From positions 32,001 to 96,000 of the IMG/VR virus record IMGVR_UViG_3300028394_002801: a stretch of DNA of 64,000 nucleotides; one strand, written 5' to 3'. The notes under the pieces were generated by a model, which saw nothing but the letters and a program-made list of their open reading frames with translations, was not told the DNA's origin and did no database searches. This document shows positions 31,032 through 41,327 of this stretch, one piece after another. Both the position numbers and the translations under genes were made by a program. This DNA comes from a virus. The first letter of the stretch is position 1; the number at the start of each line of letters is the position of its first letter.

Positions 31032-31510
31032 TATCTATATATTTTTCCTTTTATAAATCCAGGTGCAATCATATTTCTAATTTCACTTATTTTATATTTT
31101 TGTAATGCCGCACTAGGACGTAATTCACCTCCAAGTTCCAAACCTTTTGGTAATAAGGATATTTCTGTATTTCTTAAATCCAAATTACCCCCAACTTTCA
31201 ATCCTTCTGGTAAAGAAGTTAATTTTTCAGCCCAATTTAAATCCAAATTACCACCAACTTCTAATCCTTTTGGGAGGGTGGATAAATGTTCAGTATGACT
31301 TAAATTTAAATCACCTTTAACTTTTAAACCTTCTGGTAGTGATACTATATCTGAAAGTTTTAAATTAAAATCACCCTCAACTTCTAAATCTTCTTTTGTT
31401 AATTGGTAGCCAAGTCTATATTTCCAAATAAAGGTATCTTTATCTTTATGTTTTTTGTTTTCTTCCTTTTCAAGAAAATCAAGTATTTTTATTAGTGTTG
31501 ATTTATCCAT
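31031..31510 (-). CDS. LRR-like repeat protein 1
   Basis: About 4 repeats; shared caps MD..TL..I..FLE and MI.PGFI.G.I.R. Confidence 0.8.
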   Translation of the reverse strand: MDKSTLIKILDFLEKEENKKHKDKDTFIWKYRLGYQLTKEDLEVEGDFNLKLSDIVSLPEGLKVKGDLNLSHTEHLSTLPKGLEVGGNLDLNWAEKLTSLPEGLKVGGNLDLRNTEISLLPKGLELGGELRPSAALQKYKISEIRNMIAPGFIKGKIYR

Positions 31511-31517
31511 TATCTAA

Positions 31518-31536
31518 ATATTTATCTTATAAATAT
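31518..31536. promoter_or_regulatory. Back-to-back putative late promoter motifs (ATATTTAT on each strand)
   Basis: ATATTTAT at 31518 (+) and 31529 (-), between the divergent LRR array and SOD. Confidence 0.5.
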
Positions 31537-31544
31537 AATAACTA

Positions 31545-32246
31545 ATGAAAATACTTGAAACAATCAAAGAAGAAATAATATCAAGAATACACAAAAACAA
31601 TGTTAATTTTTTAATCAATGAGATGAAAAAGGTTGGAATTGAAAAACTACCTTATTCATATGCCTCATTAAAACCTTTTATTGATGAAAAAACAATGGAT
31701 ATTCATTACAACAAACATTATAAAGGTTATGTTGATAAATTGAATAAAGCATTAAAAAATAATAAATCAAATTATGATTTAAAACAGATAATAACAAATA
31801 TAAGCAAATTCAATAAAACAATTAGGAATAATGCTGGTGGAGCATTTAATCACGCTTTATTCTGGAATATGCTATCACCCACCAAAAAGAATATACCAAA
31901 AGAATTAAAAGATAAGATAATAAAAAGTTTTGGCTCAATTAATTCATTTAAAACAAAATTTGAAGAAAAAGCAAAAAGTCATTTTGGATCAGGATGGGTC
32001 TGGCTTATTCTAACAAAGAATAATACATTAAAAATTATCACCACCCCAAACCAAGATAATCCCCTTATGAATGTCATTAAAGGTGGGGGATTTCCAATAT
32101 TGGGATTGGATTTATGGGAACATGCCTATTATCTCAAATACCAAAACAAAAGAGATGAGTATATACATAACTTCTGGAATTATATAAATTGGGATTTTGT
32201 TCTTGAATTATATGATAATGCAAATAATAATGAGCCAAAAGAGTAA
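31545..32246 (+). CDS. sod: Fe/Mn superoxide dismutase (Mn-type signature) with N-terminal extension
   Basis: LPYSY..L.P, IHYNKH, NNAGG..NH..FW, FGSGW.WL, NQD, DLWEHAYY. Confidence 0.93.
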   Translation: MKILETIKEEIISRIHKNNVNFLINEMKKVGIEKLPYSYASLKPFIDEKTMDIHYNKHYKGYVDKLNKALKNNKSNYDLKQIITNISKFNKTIRNNAGGAFNHALFWNMLSPTKKNIPKELKDKIIKSFGSINSFKTKFEEKAKSHFGSGWVWLILTKNNTLKIITTPNQDNPLMNVIKGGGFPILGLDLWEHAYYLKYQNKRDEYIHNFWNYINWDFVLELYDNANNNEPKE

Positions 32247-32273
32247 TTTCTTATATTTATATATAAAAGAAAT

Positions 32274-33392
32274 ATGTCAGTAATAGCCGAGCCAGAAAGA
32301 ACGCAAATTTACACAAGAATTCGTCATTTACTTGGTGCACCATTAAGGGGTGTTGAGATAACTGATGAAATGATGGATTCCTTAATGGAATTATCCGTTC
32401 AAGATTATGAACAATATATGCTTGATTGGCTAACCGAATCCCAATGGGTTAATTTGGTTAATCTTAATATGAGCGAAAAATCTGTTGCAAATGCTTTAAT
32501 TACAAGAACAATGGATTTTGAAAAGCAATATGAATATGCTTATTCAAAAATTGTTGGATTGCAAACTGGGGGTCCTTGGGTTTTGCAAAAAGATTACATC
32601 ACATTGGAAGCCAACCAACAATTATATGAAATCCCAGCAGGAAGAGAGGTGAATGAATTATTATGGTATAGCAATCAAGCATTTAGTGCATTTGGTTTAG
32701 GTGGTGCTGGTGGATTTGGATTTGGTGGTATTGGATTGGGCGCATCAGATGCTGGTTTTGCCCAAATGGGGAATACAGGATCCTATTTTATGATGTCAGG
32801 TTTTGATTATTTACTTAGAATGCAAAGTGCAAATGTATTAACAAGGATATTAGGTGGAGCATTAACTTATAGAATTACAGGATTGCCAGATGGAAAAAAA
32901 GCAATCCATATATATAATACACCAGGTGGCAAATTTAACTGGGGAAATTACTCCTCATATGTTGGAAAACAAATTTGGTATTGGTATTATGATGTGGATG
33001 GTGATAGCCGTGGAAAGTGTTTGGAAGATAACCCAGATATTATTAAATTACCATCAGATGTTCCATTTACTGAATTAACTTGGGACAAGTTAAACCAACC
33101 AGCAAAACATTGGGTGAGAAGGTGGTTTACGGCTTACGTAAAAGAGAGTTTGGGTAGAGTTAGGGGAAAGTATAGTGGAAATATAAAAGCACCTGATGCA
33201 GAGTTAAAATTGGATTACGAATCACTAATAACTGAAGGTAAAGATGAAAAGTCAAAACTTATTGAAGAATTAATGACAAGATTAGAAAGGCTAAGACCTG
33301 AAAAACAAATGGAAAAAGAAGCATTACTTGCAGAAAGTTTAAATAAGCAATTAAAGTTTAATGCAATGCCAAGGCAAATTTATGTGATTTAA
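32274..33392 (+). CDS. Neck / head-tail adaptor (T4 gp13-like)
   Basis: I...LGAP..VEI.D, WVRRW.TA..KE.LG.VRGKY. Confidence 0.7.
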   Translation: MSVIAEPERTQIYTRIRHLLGAPLRGVEITDEMMDSLMELSVQDYEQYMLDWLTESQWVNLVNLNMSEKSVANALITRTMDFEKQYEYAYSKIVGLQTGGPWVLQKDYITLEANQQLYEIPAGREVNELLWYSNQAFSAFGLGGAGGFGFGGIGLGASDAGFAQMGNTGSYFMMSGFDYLLRMQSANVLTRILGGALTYRITGLPDGKKAIHIYNTPGGKFNWGNYSSYVGKQIWYWYYDVDGDSRGKCLEDNPDIIKLPSDVPFTELTWDKLNQPAKHWVRRWFTAYVKESLGRVRGKYSGNIKAPDAELKLDYESLITEGKDEKSKLIEELMTRLERLRPEKQMEKEALLAESLNKQLKFNAMPRQIYVI

Positions 33393-33436
33393 ATTTGATT
33401 ATTAAAAATTTTAAATTATATTTTAAATAAAAAATT

Positions 33437-33769
33437 ATGGCAGTAATAAAAACAATACCAATTCAGAAGGTCATAAACGGTACATTTGTTAATACATCAG
33501 ATATCTCCATTGTATCAGAAGCAGAATATTCTACATCTGGGGAAGGTTTTATTATTGTTAGAGCAATACCCCAGTGCAGGTTAATATTAAATTCTAAAAA
33601 TACAGATAATGTAATTGTGAAAGCAATGACAAATGTTATTGTTGTTCCAGACAGCAATAAAATTGATGAAGAGTATGATGAAATTTCATTAGAGAAAGGT
33701 GCTTGTGTTGAATTTAAGCACTGTTCTGGGACTTGGTATATTATTAGTTCAGATGGGCTAAAAGGATAA
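33437..33769 (+). CDS. Hypothetical beta-rich structural protein
   Basis: ORF ending W.IISSDG. Confidence 0.5.
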   Translation: MAVIKTIPIQKVINGTFVNTSDISIVSEAEYSTSGEGFIIVRAIPQCRLILNSKNTDNVIVKAMTNVIVVPDSNKIDEEYDEISLEKGACVEFKHCSGTWYIISSDGLKG

Positions 33770-33804
33770 AAAAACCCCCAATCTAATTAAGGTTGGGGGT
33801 TTTT
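33768..33804. terminator. Bidirectional terminator between convergent genes
   Basis: AAAAACCCCCAA...TTGGGGGTTTTT. Confidence 0.75.
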
Positions 33805-33808
33805 AATT

Positions 33809-36487
33809 TTAAGCATTTTCATATATTAGATTGGGATTAACATTTATTTTTTCCCAGAATTTAATCTCATCTTCTGATATTGTCATTACATCATTTAAAT
33901 CATCTTGATCCTTTGCCGCATAAGGAATACCATTTATTAATTTACATTCTTCTGTTGTGAAGAATTGTCTATCAGCAGGGTCTTTTATAAGAATCCTATC
34001 CCTAATCTCTGGACTAAAAGCAACCAATAATGGACTTATCCTTTTGTTAAAAGTAACAACTGCTCTTGGCACATTATATTCCCCGGTCAAGTCAGGTGTT
34101 TTTTCAAATACATTTTGGTCAATATAATAGCAATTTAATTTAATTCCATCTTTTGTTTTTGACACATCCCCGTGCGATTGTTTTGTTCCATTATTTACAT
34201 AATATATAATATCTCCAAGATTAACATGTAATTTTTCCTTTATGATTAACTCCATGTGTGCCATCTTACTTGTGGTGCTTCCTGCTTTATTTAATGTCTT
34301 TGACCTTTTTACATAGTCTTTAACATTCTGTCTAACCCTTGCCTTGTTTGCAATTTCAATTAGGGGGATTTGCTTATTATAAACCTTTTCAAAATAATTA
34401 TAATATTCTTCAATAAATTCTTTTCCTTTACCTTCAAGCAATAACTTAACAGCAACATCAATAAATCTTTCAATATATTGGGGAAGTTTCTTTGATTTGA
34501 TTGTATTTCCTGTCAACTTTATTTTACCATCATTTTTCATAATGGCATAGTTTTTTCTTGCAAAATTAACACAAGATAACCAATGACCATCCAAATCTAA
34601 TGCCATTTCTCCCTTCATAAAAGTATCATTGTATTCTGCAACATCAGCATATATACCTTTGTAAATCTTACCTTCTTTAACTTTCCAGTTTAATCCTTTT
34701 CCAATATATTCCCTACTGCTAAAATCATCTGTTGCTGAAAAGTTAACACCATCTGTATCACAAACTAAAGGAACATAACCTCTATCCATAAAGAATTTAA
34801 TCATATGTCTTAAATATAATCTACCAGTACAAGTTATCTGTTCACCTTTATCCATCTCAGCCCAAGGGAAAACTGCTGGTGCTGATAATGAACCAAACAA
34901 AGAGTTTATGAAAATCTTTATTGGTAATTGCTTATTATCATAAGTTGCCGCAATCTTAGGATCCTTATCCTTCCACTCCTCTGCCAAATTCTTATAATTA
35001 ATCCTTGCATTTCTAAAAAATTTTAACATGCCTTCCAAAACACCAGTTATATCACAAGATGGGAATACATCGTGAGCCAATTGTATGGATGGATATAGGG
35101 ACGAGAAGTCAAGTTTATATATATTCTTTGAATACCCTACCTTAACCAATCTGGATAAACCACCCACAAAGTTTCGTTTATCCTCACTTTGGGGGACAGC
35201 CAACTGATTATTATATGACCAAGCCAACATCAATGTCTTCCATAATCCTGCTGTCCCCATTGTGTATATCCTTTCAAAAGGTAATGGCACCATTTTTGCC
35301 AATAAGAATGATGCTTGACTAAATTCTGAATCAACTCTCATTGTCTCTTCCAAGTCATCATCAAGATATGCTTCAACAAGTTTATCACCAGAAATTCTCT
35401 TATATACGTTTGGAAATTTAATGTCAAGACCAGGATAATCTGATGCTAATTTATATTTCCCATTCTTTATATTAAGAAAATATTCTTCTTTCTCTTGATA
35501 CATTTTACCAATCTTTGTGTGTTCAATATACACACGATCTTCATCTTCTGCATTTATATATTTTGTAATATATTTAAGACCAGCAGATTTGATATCGCTA
35601 TTGATTGCTTGTGCCCTTCTTACTGAATGAATAACATCAATAACATTATATCCCCAAATAGAGGTTTGAGTGTAATTCTCAACATCACCCCCTAATTTTA
35701 ACATAGAATCCCTTCTTGTAACAGATTTTGTTGGATTTAATGATTTGCAAGCAGTTTGAACATGTATCTTTAATATCTCACATCTTTTGAAAATCCATTC
35801 CCAGTCAAACGTTGCTGAATTATAACCTGAAATAATGGTTGGTTTAATTTCATCAATAACTTTAAAAAATTCAATAATACCATTTGCCTCATCCTCTGGG
35901 TTAATGCACTCTATGATTCTGGAATAACCTTTATTGGTTTTAATTCCAATCATAAATATTCTACCATCAGTTGGTTCTAATGCTGTGGTTTCTAAGTCAA
36001 ATACAAGTCTTGTTATATCATCATAAGAATCAAACCCTTTAAATAATCTTTTACCTTTGGATATTAGATATTGGTCAACAGGGGGTAGCATAATAATTTT
36101 GGTTCTACCAATTTCACTCTTTGGGTCTAACCCCCCTTCCTTAAAGAAAGCAGTTAAATTTCTATAACCCTTTAATGACTGAACGATAAATTTCATTCCA
36201 TGTTCCAATCTTGGATGGTCATCTGTTCTTAATTTTGTTATAATAATACTATGTTTGGTCATTGCTTCCTTTTGCAAGACCTTTGACTTATTGTAGAAAT
36301 TTAATGAATTTAAATTACCCACCCAACAAAATGAGGTAAAAGTATCTTTGACAATTTGTTTTCCTTTATTGGGAATTTCTTTTATCTTATAGACACAATT
36401 GGCCATATAATCATATTCAATAGCAACAATATGTTCTTCTGGATCAGAACCATTAAGAAAATCCTCAATCTCTTGACTACTTATCAT
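33809..36487 (-). CDS. Family B DNA polymerase
   Basis: FDLET, GYNSATFDW, DFSSLYPS, KIFINSLFG, CDTDG, KNYA. Confidence 0.95.
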   Translation of the reverse strand: MISSQEIEDFLNGSDPEEHIVAIEYDYMANCVYKIKEIPNKGKQIVKDTFTSFCWVGNLNSLNFYNKSKVLQKEAMTKHSIIITKLRTDDHPRLEHGMKFIVQSLKGYRNLTAFFKEGGLDPKSEIGRTKIIMLPPVDQYLISKGKRLFKGFDSYDDITRLVFDLETTALEPTDGRIFMIGIKTNKGYSRIIECINPEDEANGIIEFFKVIDEIKPTIISGYNSATFDWEWIFKRCEILKIHVQTACKSLNPTKSVTRRDSMLKLGGDVENYTQTSIWGYNVIDVIHSVRRAQAINSDIKSAGLKYITKYINAEDEDRVYIEHTKIGKMYQEKEEYFLNIKNGKYKLASDYPGLDIKFPNVYKRISGDKLVEAYLDDDLEETMRVDSEFSQASFLLAKMVPLPFERIYTMGTAGLWKTLMLAWSYNNQLAVPQSEDKRNFVGGLSRLVKVGYSKNIYKLDFSSLYPSIQLAHDVFPSCDITGVLEGMLKFFRNARINYKNLAEEWKDKDPKIAATYDNKQLPIKIFINSLFGSLSAPAVFPWAEMDKGEQITCTGRLYLRHMIKFFMDRGYVPLVCDTDGVNFSATDDFSSREYIGKGLNWKVKEGKIYKGIYADVAEYNDTFMKGEMALDLDGHWLSCVNFARKNYAIMKNDGKIKLTGNTIKSKKLPQYIERFIDVAVKLLLEGKGKEFIEEYYNYFEKVYNKQIPLIEIANKARVRQNVKDYVKRSKTLNKAGSTTSKMAHMELIIKEKLHVNLGDIIYYVNNGTKQSHGDVSKTKDGIKLNCYYIDQNVFEKTPDLTGEYNVPRAVVTFNKRISPLLVAFSPEIRDRILIKDPADRQFFTTEECKLINGIPYAAKDQDDLNDVMTISEDEIKFWEKINVNPNLIYENA

Positions 36488-36520
36488 ATTTATTATTTTA
36501 GGGGTAAAAATCTAAAAGTT

Positions 36521-36895
36521 TTAATTAAACTTCTTAATAAACGAATCTAAAATAATAATAGTTAATTCTTCTCTTAAAGGCAAGATGAGATCGCCATCTT
36601 CATTTCTAATTAAAAATTCACCTTTATATATGCCAGGTGCATTTGTTTCTCTTTTCTTAAATTGATAATATATATAATATTCCACAGTTGGGGTTGGCTC
36701 TGTTGTTTCTTTTGCAACTAAATATGCTTCAGCATTTGTTATTTTATACATTCCTGTTTTAGCATCTGCCATAGAAAAGTAAATGGATGATGTTTCCAAA
36801 TCCTCCATAAATTTTTTGTAATCTGACCTACCATCTTTAATTGGTTCAACTTTTAATATAGGTAAATCTGCCCCTTTCTTTATATAAAAATTCAT
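36521..36895 (-). CDS. Hypothetical (BppU-like) structural protein
   Basis: FYIKKG..LP.L...Y.F...T..PG.Y.GEF.I. Confidence 0.45.
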   Translation of the reverse strand: MNFYIKKGADLPILKVEPIKDGRSDYKKFMEDLETSSIYFSMADAKTGMYKITNAEAYLVAKETTEPTPTVEYYIYYQFKKRETNAPGIYKGEFLIRNEDGDLILPLREELTIIILDSFIKKFN

Positions 36896-37000
36896 ATTTT
36901 CTTTATTATTAAATATCCAAAAAATTAAAAACTAATTTTTTAAAAAAATGGTTTGCAATTTTAATTATTTTTTGATATATTTATATATCAAAATAAAGAA

Positions 37001-37609
37001 ATGTTCAAAGAGATTAGAGAACAAATTAACAAGGTGGTGAATTGGTATCAATCTTTGATTGACAGTAAGAATTTAACCAAAGAAATTAATCATATTTTGG
37101 AAGAAAATGGATTTTTAATCCAAGATATATATGATGTTGAGAATGTTAGTGGAATTATTAGTGCACTAAAATTATCAGAAGTATTACCACTTTATTTATA
37201 TGAAGGAATTGATTTTGAACTTGACAACTCTGGTGGTGTTATTATATTTTCCACAGATTTAAATTCCACATTAGGCAAGGCTGAAACATTTAGTGATAAG
37301 GTTAAATTTTTCTTTGATAGTAAATGGAAGACATTTTTAAACAGATTAAATGTTAGTGATAGGCTTAAAAAAATACTATTAGATAAATATGAACAACCTG
37401 GATTTACTTTGGGTAAAAACTTTAGAGGCGCATATAAAAGTAAAAATGGATTAACATTTAATGAAAAATCTTTTACTATTGATATTGCAGGTATTGACTC
37501 TGATGCTTTGATTTTAATTGCATCTGAAATTTGTAGAGAATTTAAACAAGAGACTGTAATGGTTAGAGATTTCAATAGAAATAAAGTACTTTTTGTTAAT
37601 GATTTGTAA
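37001..37609 (+). CDS. Hypothetical protein
   Basis: 202-aa ORF with upstream ATATTTAT. Confidence 0.6.
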   Translation: MFKEIREQINKVVNWYQSLIDSKNLTKEINHILEENGFLIQDIYDVENVSGIISALKLSEVLPLYLYEGIDFELDNSGGVIIFSTDLNSTLGKAETFSDKVKFFFDSKWKTFLNRLNVSDRLKKILLDKYEQPGFTLGKNFRGAYKSKNGLTFNEKSFTIDIAGIDSDALILIASEICREFKQETVMVRDFNRNKVLFVNDL

Positions 37610-37621
37610 AAAAAAATTAAA

Positions 37622-38011
37622 ATGAAAGAGAATTTATTAAAGGCTTCAATTTTTATGTTAGCATTTCTATTTATTGTGTTTGGTGCTAATAAGTTTTTAA
37701 ATTTTATGACACCCCCACCACCAACAGATACTGGAGCACAACTTCTTATGGTAGGAATGTTTAATTCATATCTTAAAACATTAGTTGGTATTGTAGAGGT
37801 ATTTAGTAGTTGTTTGTTATTATTTAGAAGAACAAGATTCTTTGGTTTTCTAATTATTATACCTATTATTTTGAATATTATTTTATATCATTTAACAACA
37901 AATGATTTTTCAAATCCAATTATACTAATTATTGGTGTCCTTTTTGGGGGACTTTGTTATAGTCAAAAAGATGGAGTTAGAGAATTATTTAAGATACAAT
38001 CAAATATTTAA
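37622..38011 (+). CDS. DoxX-family membrane protein
   Basis: 4 TM segments; FGANKFLNF, GIVEV, PIILNIILYH. Confidence 0.75.
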   Translation: MKENLLKASIFMLAFLFIVFGANKFLNFMTPPPPTDTGAQLLMVGMFNSYLKTLVGIVEVFSSCLLLFRRTRFFGFLIIIPIILNIILYHLTTNDFSNPIILIIGVLFGGLCYSQKDGVRELFKIQSNI

Positions 38012-38082
38012 ATTCTGCCAAATCAACAAAATAAATAGAGATTTGGCAACTTATAAAAAAATTTAAGAATTAGTGGAAAGGG

Positions 38083-38114
38083 GTTGAAATTGACCCCTTT
38101 TCTTTTTATATTTG
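38083..38114 (+). promoter_or_regulatory. Bacteroidota-type promoter for metK
   Basis: GTTG-N20-TATATTTG; overlaps an AAAGGGGT/ACCCCTTT hairpin. Confidence 0.55.
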
Positions 38115-38149
38115 GAAAGTGAATTGTTTAACTCAAAAAAATATAAATT

Positions 38150-39289
38150 ATGAAACTAATTACAGCTGAAAGCGTTTCCATTGGGCATCCAGATAAGGTT
38201 GCTGACCAAATTTCAGATGCAATACTTGATGCTTATCTAACTCTTGACCCAGATGCAAAGGTTGCTGTTGAAACACTTGTTAAAGACAATTGTGTTGTAT
38301 TGGGGGGTGAAATATCCAGCACACATAGAATCAATTATGAAGAGGTTATTAAAAATACCGTAAAAGAAATTGGTTATACTAACCCAGCACATGGATTTTA
38401 TTACAAAAATATTACAATCATAAATTTGATTGGTCAGCAAAGCAGAGAAATAAATAATGCTGTTTTAAAAAATAGTGAAGAGTCACTTGGTGCTGGCGAC
38501 CAAGGTTTTATGACTGGCTATGCAACAAATGAAACAAATACCTATATGCCAATTGGTATGTATGTTTCAAAGAAGTTGGTTGATTATGTGTATAATAACA
38601 TAGGATTTGGACCTGATATTAAAACACAAACAACAATTGAGTATGATGACAATACCAAAAGAATTCATACCATATTGGTATCAACTATGCATAGTGAAGA
38701 TTTAACCCTATCTAATGTAAGGCAAATTATTATGAAAGGCATTAAAAATAATGATATGAATTTGGATGCTGATATTTTTGCCTTGATTGATGATAGAACC
38801 TCAATTGTTATTAACCCTGCTGGTTCTTGGAATGTTGGAGGTCCAGTTGCAGATTGTGGAGTCACAGGCAGAAAGATTGTGGTGGATCAATATGGACCAT
38901 ATAACCCTGTTGGTGGTGGTGCATTTAGTGGAAAAGACCCAAGCAAAGTGGATAGAACTGGCGCATATTTAGCAAGATATATTGCAAAAAATATTGTGGC
39001 AGCAGGATATACAGATAAGTGTGCTGTTGAAATTGCTTATATGATTGGGGTGGATAAGCCAGCCTCATTAAGCATAAACACATTTGGACAGTATTCTGAT
39101 GATTGGTTGGAAGGAGTTGTTTGCAGAATATTCCCCTTAACACCATCACAAATTATCAATCATTTTAAATTGAAAAGACCAATTTATCTTGAATCATCAA
39201 GAGGTCATTTTGGAAATGATATAATGCCTTGGGAAAAATTGGATAAAATAGAAGACTTAAAACGTTTAGCCGTTATTCATAAGGGTTAA
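38150..39289 (+). CDS. metK: S-adenosylmethionine synthetase
   Basis: ESVSIGHPDK, GAGDQG, GVTGRKIVVD, GGGAFSGKDPSKVDR. Confidence 0.97.
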   Translation: MKLITAESVSIGHPDKVADQISDAILDAYLTLDPDAKVAVETLVKDNCVVLGGEISSTHRINYEEVIKNTVKEIGYTNPAHGFYYKNITIINLIGQQSREINNAVLKNSEESLGAGDQGFMTGYATNETNTYMPIGMYVSKKLVDYVYNNIGFGPDIKTQTTIEYDDNTKRIHTILVSTMHSEDLTLSNVRQIIMKGIKNNDMNLDADIFALIDDRTSIVINPAGSWNVGGPVADCGVTGRKIVVDQYGPYNPVGGGAFSGKDPSKVDRTGAYLARYIAKNIVAAGYTDKCAVEIAYMIGVDKPASLSINTFGQYSDDWLEGVVCRIFPLTPSQIINHFKLKRPIYLESSRGHFGNDIMPWEKLDKIEDLKRLAVIHKG

Positions 39290-39985
39290 ATAATTATCAA
39301 TAAAATCTGGGGGGTAGTTGGAATGAATCATTTTCTTAACTACCTCCTGTATTTTTTCCTCACGTGATAATCTTGGATTGGTGCTTAATCCATTTTCTAT
39401 TGTATAACCAATCATATCACTTGTTGGCAATTTGTATTCTTTCTTTTCTTCTTTTGATTTAAGTCCCCCAATCTTTTCCCACACAACTACAAGCAAAGAA
39501 CCATCATGCCATTTATACATCATTCCTTTGTATCCCATTTTTTCAAGCATACTTGACATATAAATGACCTGCATCTGATATGGTACATTATCACTACCAT
39601 ATTTTTTTGCTGCGATATCATAGAGATTTAGGGGGTCAGCGTTGAATGGATATAAGTCACTTAATTTAACATCTACTTCATATAATGTGCCAGAAACAAT
39701 TCTTTCCTTCTGGTTTAAATTTGTATAAAAGAATATTCTTTTCTTACCCCACCATTGTTCTGAACTGGTATAACTATTCTCACCAAATTTAAGGGGATCC
39801 AAATATTCTAAATTGGATGGGCCAAAATGATATAACTTAACATATTCACCATCTGTTTCCAATTGAGAAAGCCACCTATCATTAAATAAGTGGCTATCTG
39901 GTTTTTCTGGTAAATCATTTGCCTCATCTTCTTCGGAAATGACCATTATTTTTTTAATTCTAAAAATCTCTTCTTGTAAATTCAT
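39266..39985 (-). CDS. Putative head-packaged protein, possibly ADP-ribosyltransferase-like fold
   Basis: N-terminal LQEEIFRIKKIM; LYHFG...IFFY...LYEV...GYKG pattern (weak). Confidence 0.35.
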   Translation of the reverse strand: MNLQEEIFRIKKIMVISEEDEANDLPEKPDSHLFNDRWLSQLETDGEYVKLYHFGPSNLEYLDPLKFGENSYTSSEQWWGKKRIFFYTNLNQKERIVSGTLYEVDVKLSDLYPFNADPLNLYDIAAKKYGSDNVPYQMQVIYMSSMLEKMGYKGMMYKWHDGSLLVVVWEKIGGLKSKEEKKEYKLPTSDMIGYTIENGLSTNPRLSREEKIQEVVKKMIHSNYPPDFIDNYLTLMNNG

Positions 39986-40024
39986 ATATAATAAATATCA
40001 TATAAATATCATATATTATGAATT

Positions 40025-41281
40025 TTAACCAATATTTAATTGACCTGTAATCCTATCACACCAACCTTTTGATTTTGAATAAGGCCAAACAACCCAATAC
40101 TTTGGTTGCTTTGTTGTTTGAAAATCCCTCCATATTTTGCAATATTTATCTGGGTCTCTCATCATAGTATTAATTTCATTTATATCAGCATCTTTCCTAT
40201 ATAAAGTTTCATCATTATCACCATGGAATGCCACCACCCAATATTCATAATCTGGTTCTGGAACTGAAACATATTGGATATCAATACAATGTCTAAATAT
40301 AATTGAAAAACTATTCTCCCATTCTTCCTCTGTCTTATACTCCTCCTTAACTGGGGGGTTTTTCTTATCTATTGTCCATTGTTGAACTGCACGTTTGGCA
40401 TAATGAATGCCAGCATATTTTTCATAATCTCTTAATGTTCTAACTGGGCCAAAACCATATAATCCATCATGCCCCTCTTGTTGAACACCATCCACACCAA
40501 ACAATCGCTTGTTTAAATAATGTGCCCTCTCATTCTTTTTAACCCAATCTCTATCATCATCCCATTGTTTAACCTTTCCCTTTCTTGTATATTCATGATA
40601 TATAATTGGAAAATGTGGATGGAATAAATCATATCCCCAAGTATATGCCCTAACTGCAATTGAAATTTCCTCACCATGAAAATAATATTCTGGATTATGT
40701 TGAACTTCATTTGCAAATTGTCCTAGGGTAAAGCAATAATGTGCTGAATAAAATCTTGCTGGAATTGGTTTATCTAAACTCCGCCAATCTGGAATTGTTT
40801 CAGGCATAAAGAATACATTTCCCTCTGGGGAAAACCTATCAAAAACCATCCTCCAAGGTTCTTGCACCCTCCCTGCTGGGTCATTTGTTGGTTCATAAGA
40901 ACAAGCATAGGAAGTCAATAAAGGTTTCTTATACCCATCTTTCTGCAAGCCCTTAATTATTTTTATTAATGTATCATCCCAATCTTGATTAAAACGCATA
41001 TGTGAATCAATTTGAAGGGTATATTGCTCATTATTATATAATTGCTGAATTAAATTTCTTGCCCAACAAGCCCCATTGGATTCATTATATGGTATATCTA
41101 ATATTTTAAATCTTTTATCTTTTCTCCATTTATCAAGATTATCAAAACCATCCTCATCAGCATATTGCCTTGCAATAGCAAAAACAAGGTTCTTTGGCTT
41201 CTTTGCCTTATCCAAAATGTCCTCAATGGTTTTAACTAATTCAGGATCGCGATAACTTGCAATCTGTACAAATATTTTCAT
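40025..41281 (-). CDS. GT60-family polypeptide/hydroxyproline O-HexNAc transferase (paralog A)
   Basis: IFVQIASYRDPEL, GACWAR, QIDSHMRF, FHGEEI, GYDLFHP, RTLRDYE. Confidence 0.85.
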   Translation of the reverse strand: MKIFVQIASYRDPELVKTIEDILDKAKKPKNLVFAIARQYADEDGFDNLDKWRKDKRFKILDIPYNESNGACWARNLIQQLYNNEQYTLQIDSHMRFNQDWDDTLIKIIKGLQKDGYKKPLLTSYACSYEPTNDPAGRVQEPWRMVFDRFSPEGNVFFMPETIPDWRSLDKPIPARFYSAHYCFTLGQFANEVQHNPEYYFHGEEISIAVRAYTWGYDLFHPHFPIIYHEYTRKGKVKQWDDDRDWVKKNERAHYLNKRLFGVDGVQQEGHDGLYGFGPVRTLRDYEKYAGIHYAKRAVQQWTIDKKNPPVKEEYKTEEEWENSFSIIFRHCIDIQYVSVPEPDYEYWVVAFHGDNDETLYRKDADINEINTMMRDPDKYCKIWRDFQTTKQPKYWVVWPYSKSKGWCDRITGQLNIG

Positions 41282-41327
41282 TGTCTTTTTTTTATGAAAA
41301 ATAAGATATTTAATTTAAATATAAAGG

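Noticed and set aside
28710-31056. + strand ORFs over the LRR array and other short antisense ORFs in the track
   Set aside because: Overlap well-supported genes on the opposite strand and show no recognisable motifs
27520-31510. CRISPR-like periodic repeats (tccttctggtaatga about every 60 bp)
   Set aside because: In-frame, degenerate coding repeats of LRR-like proteins; no cas genes or leader
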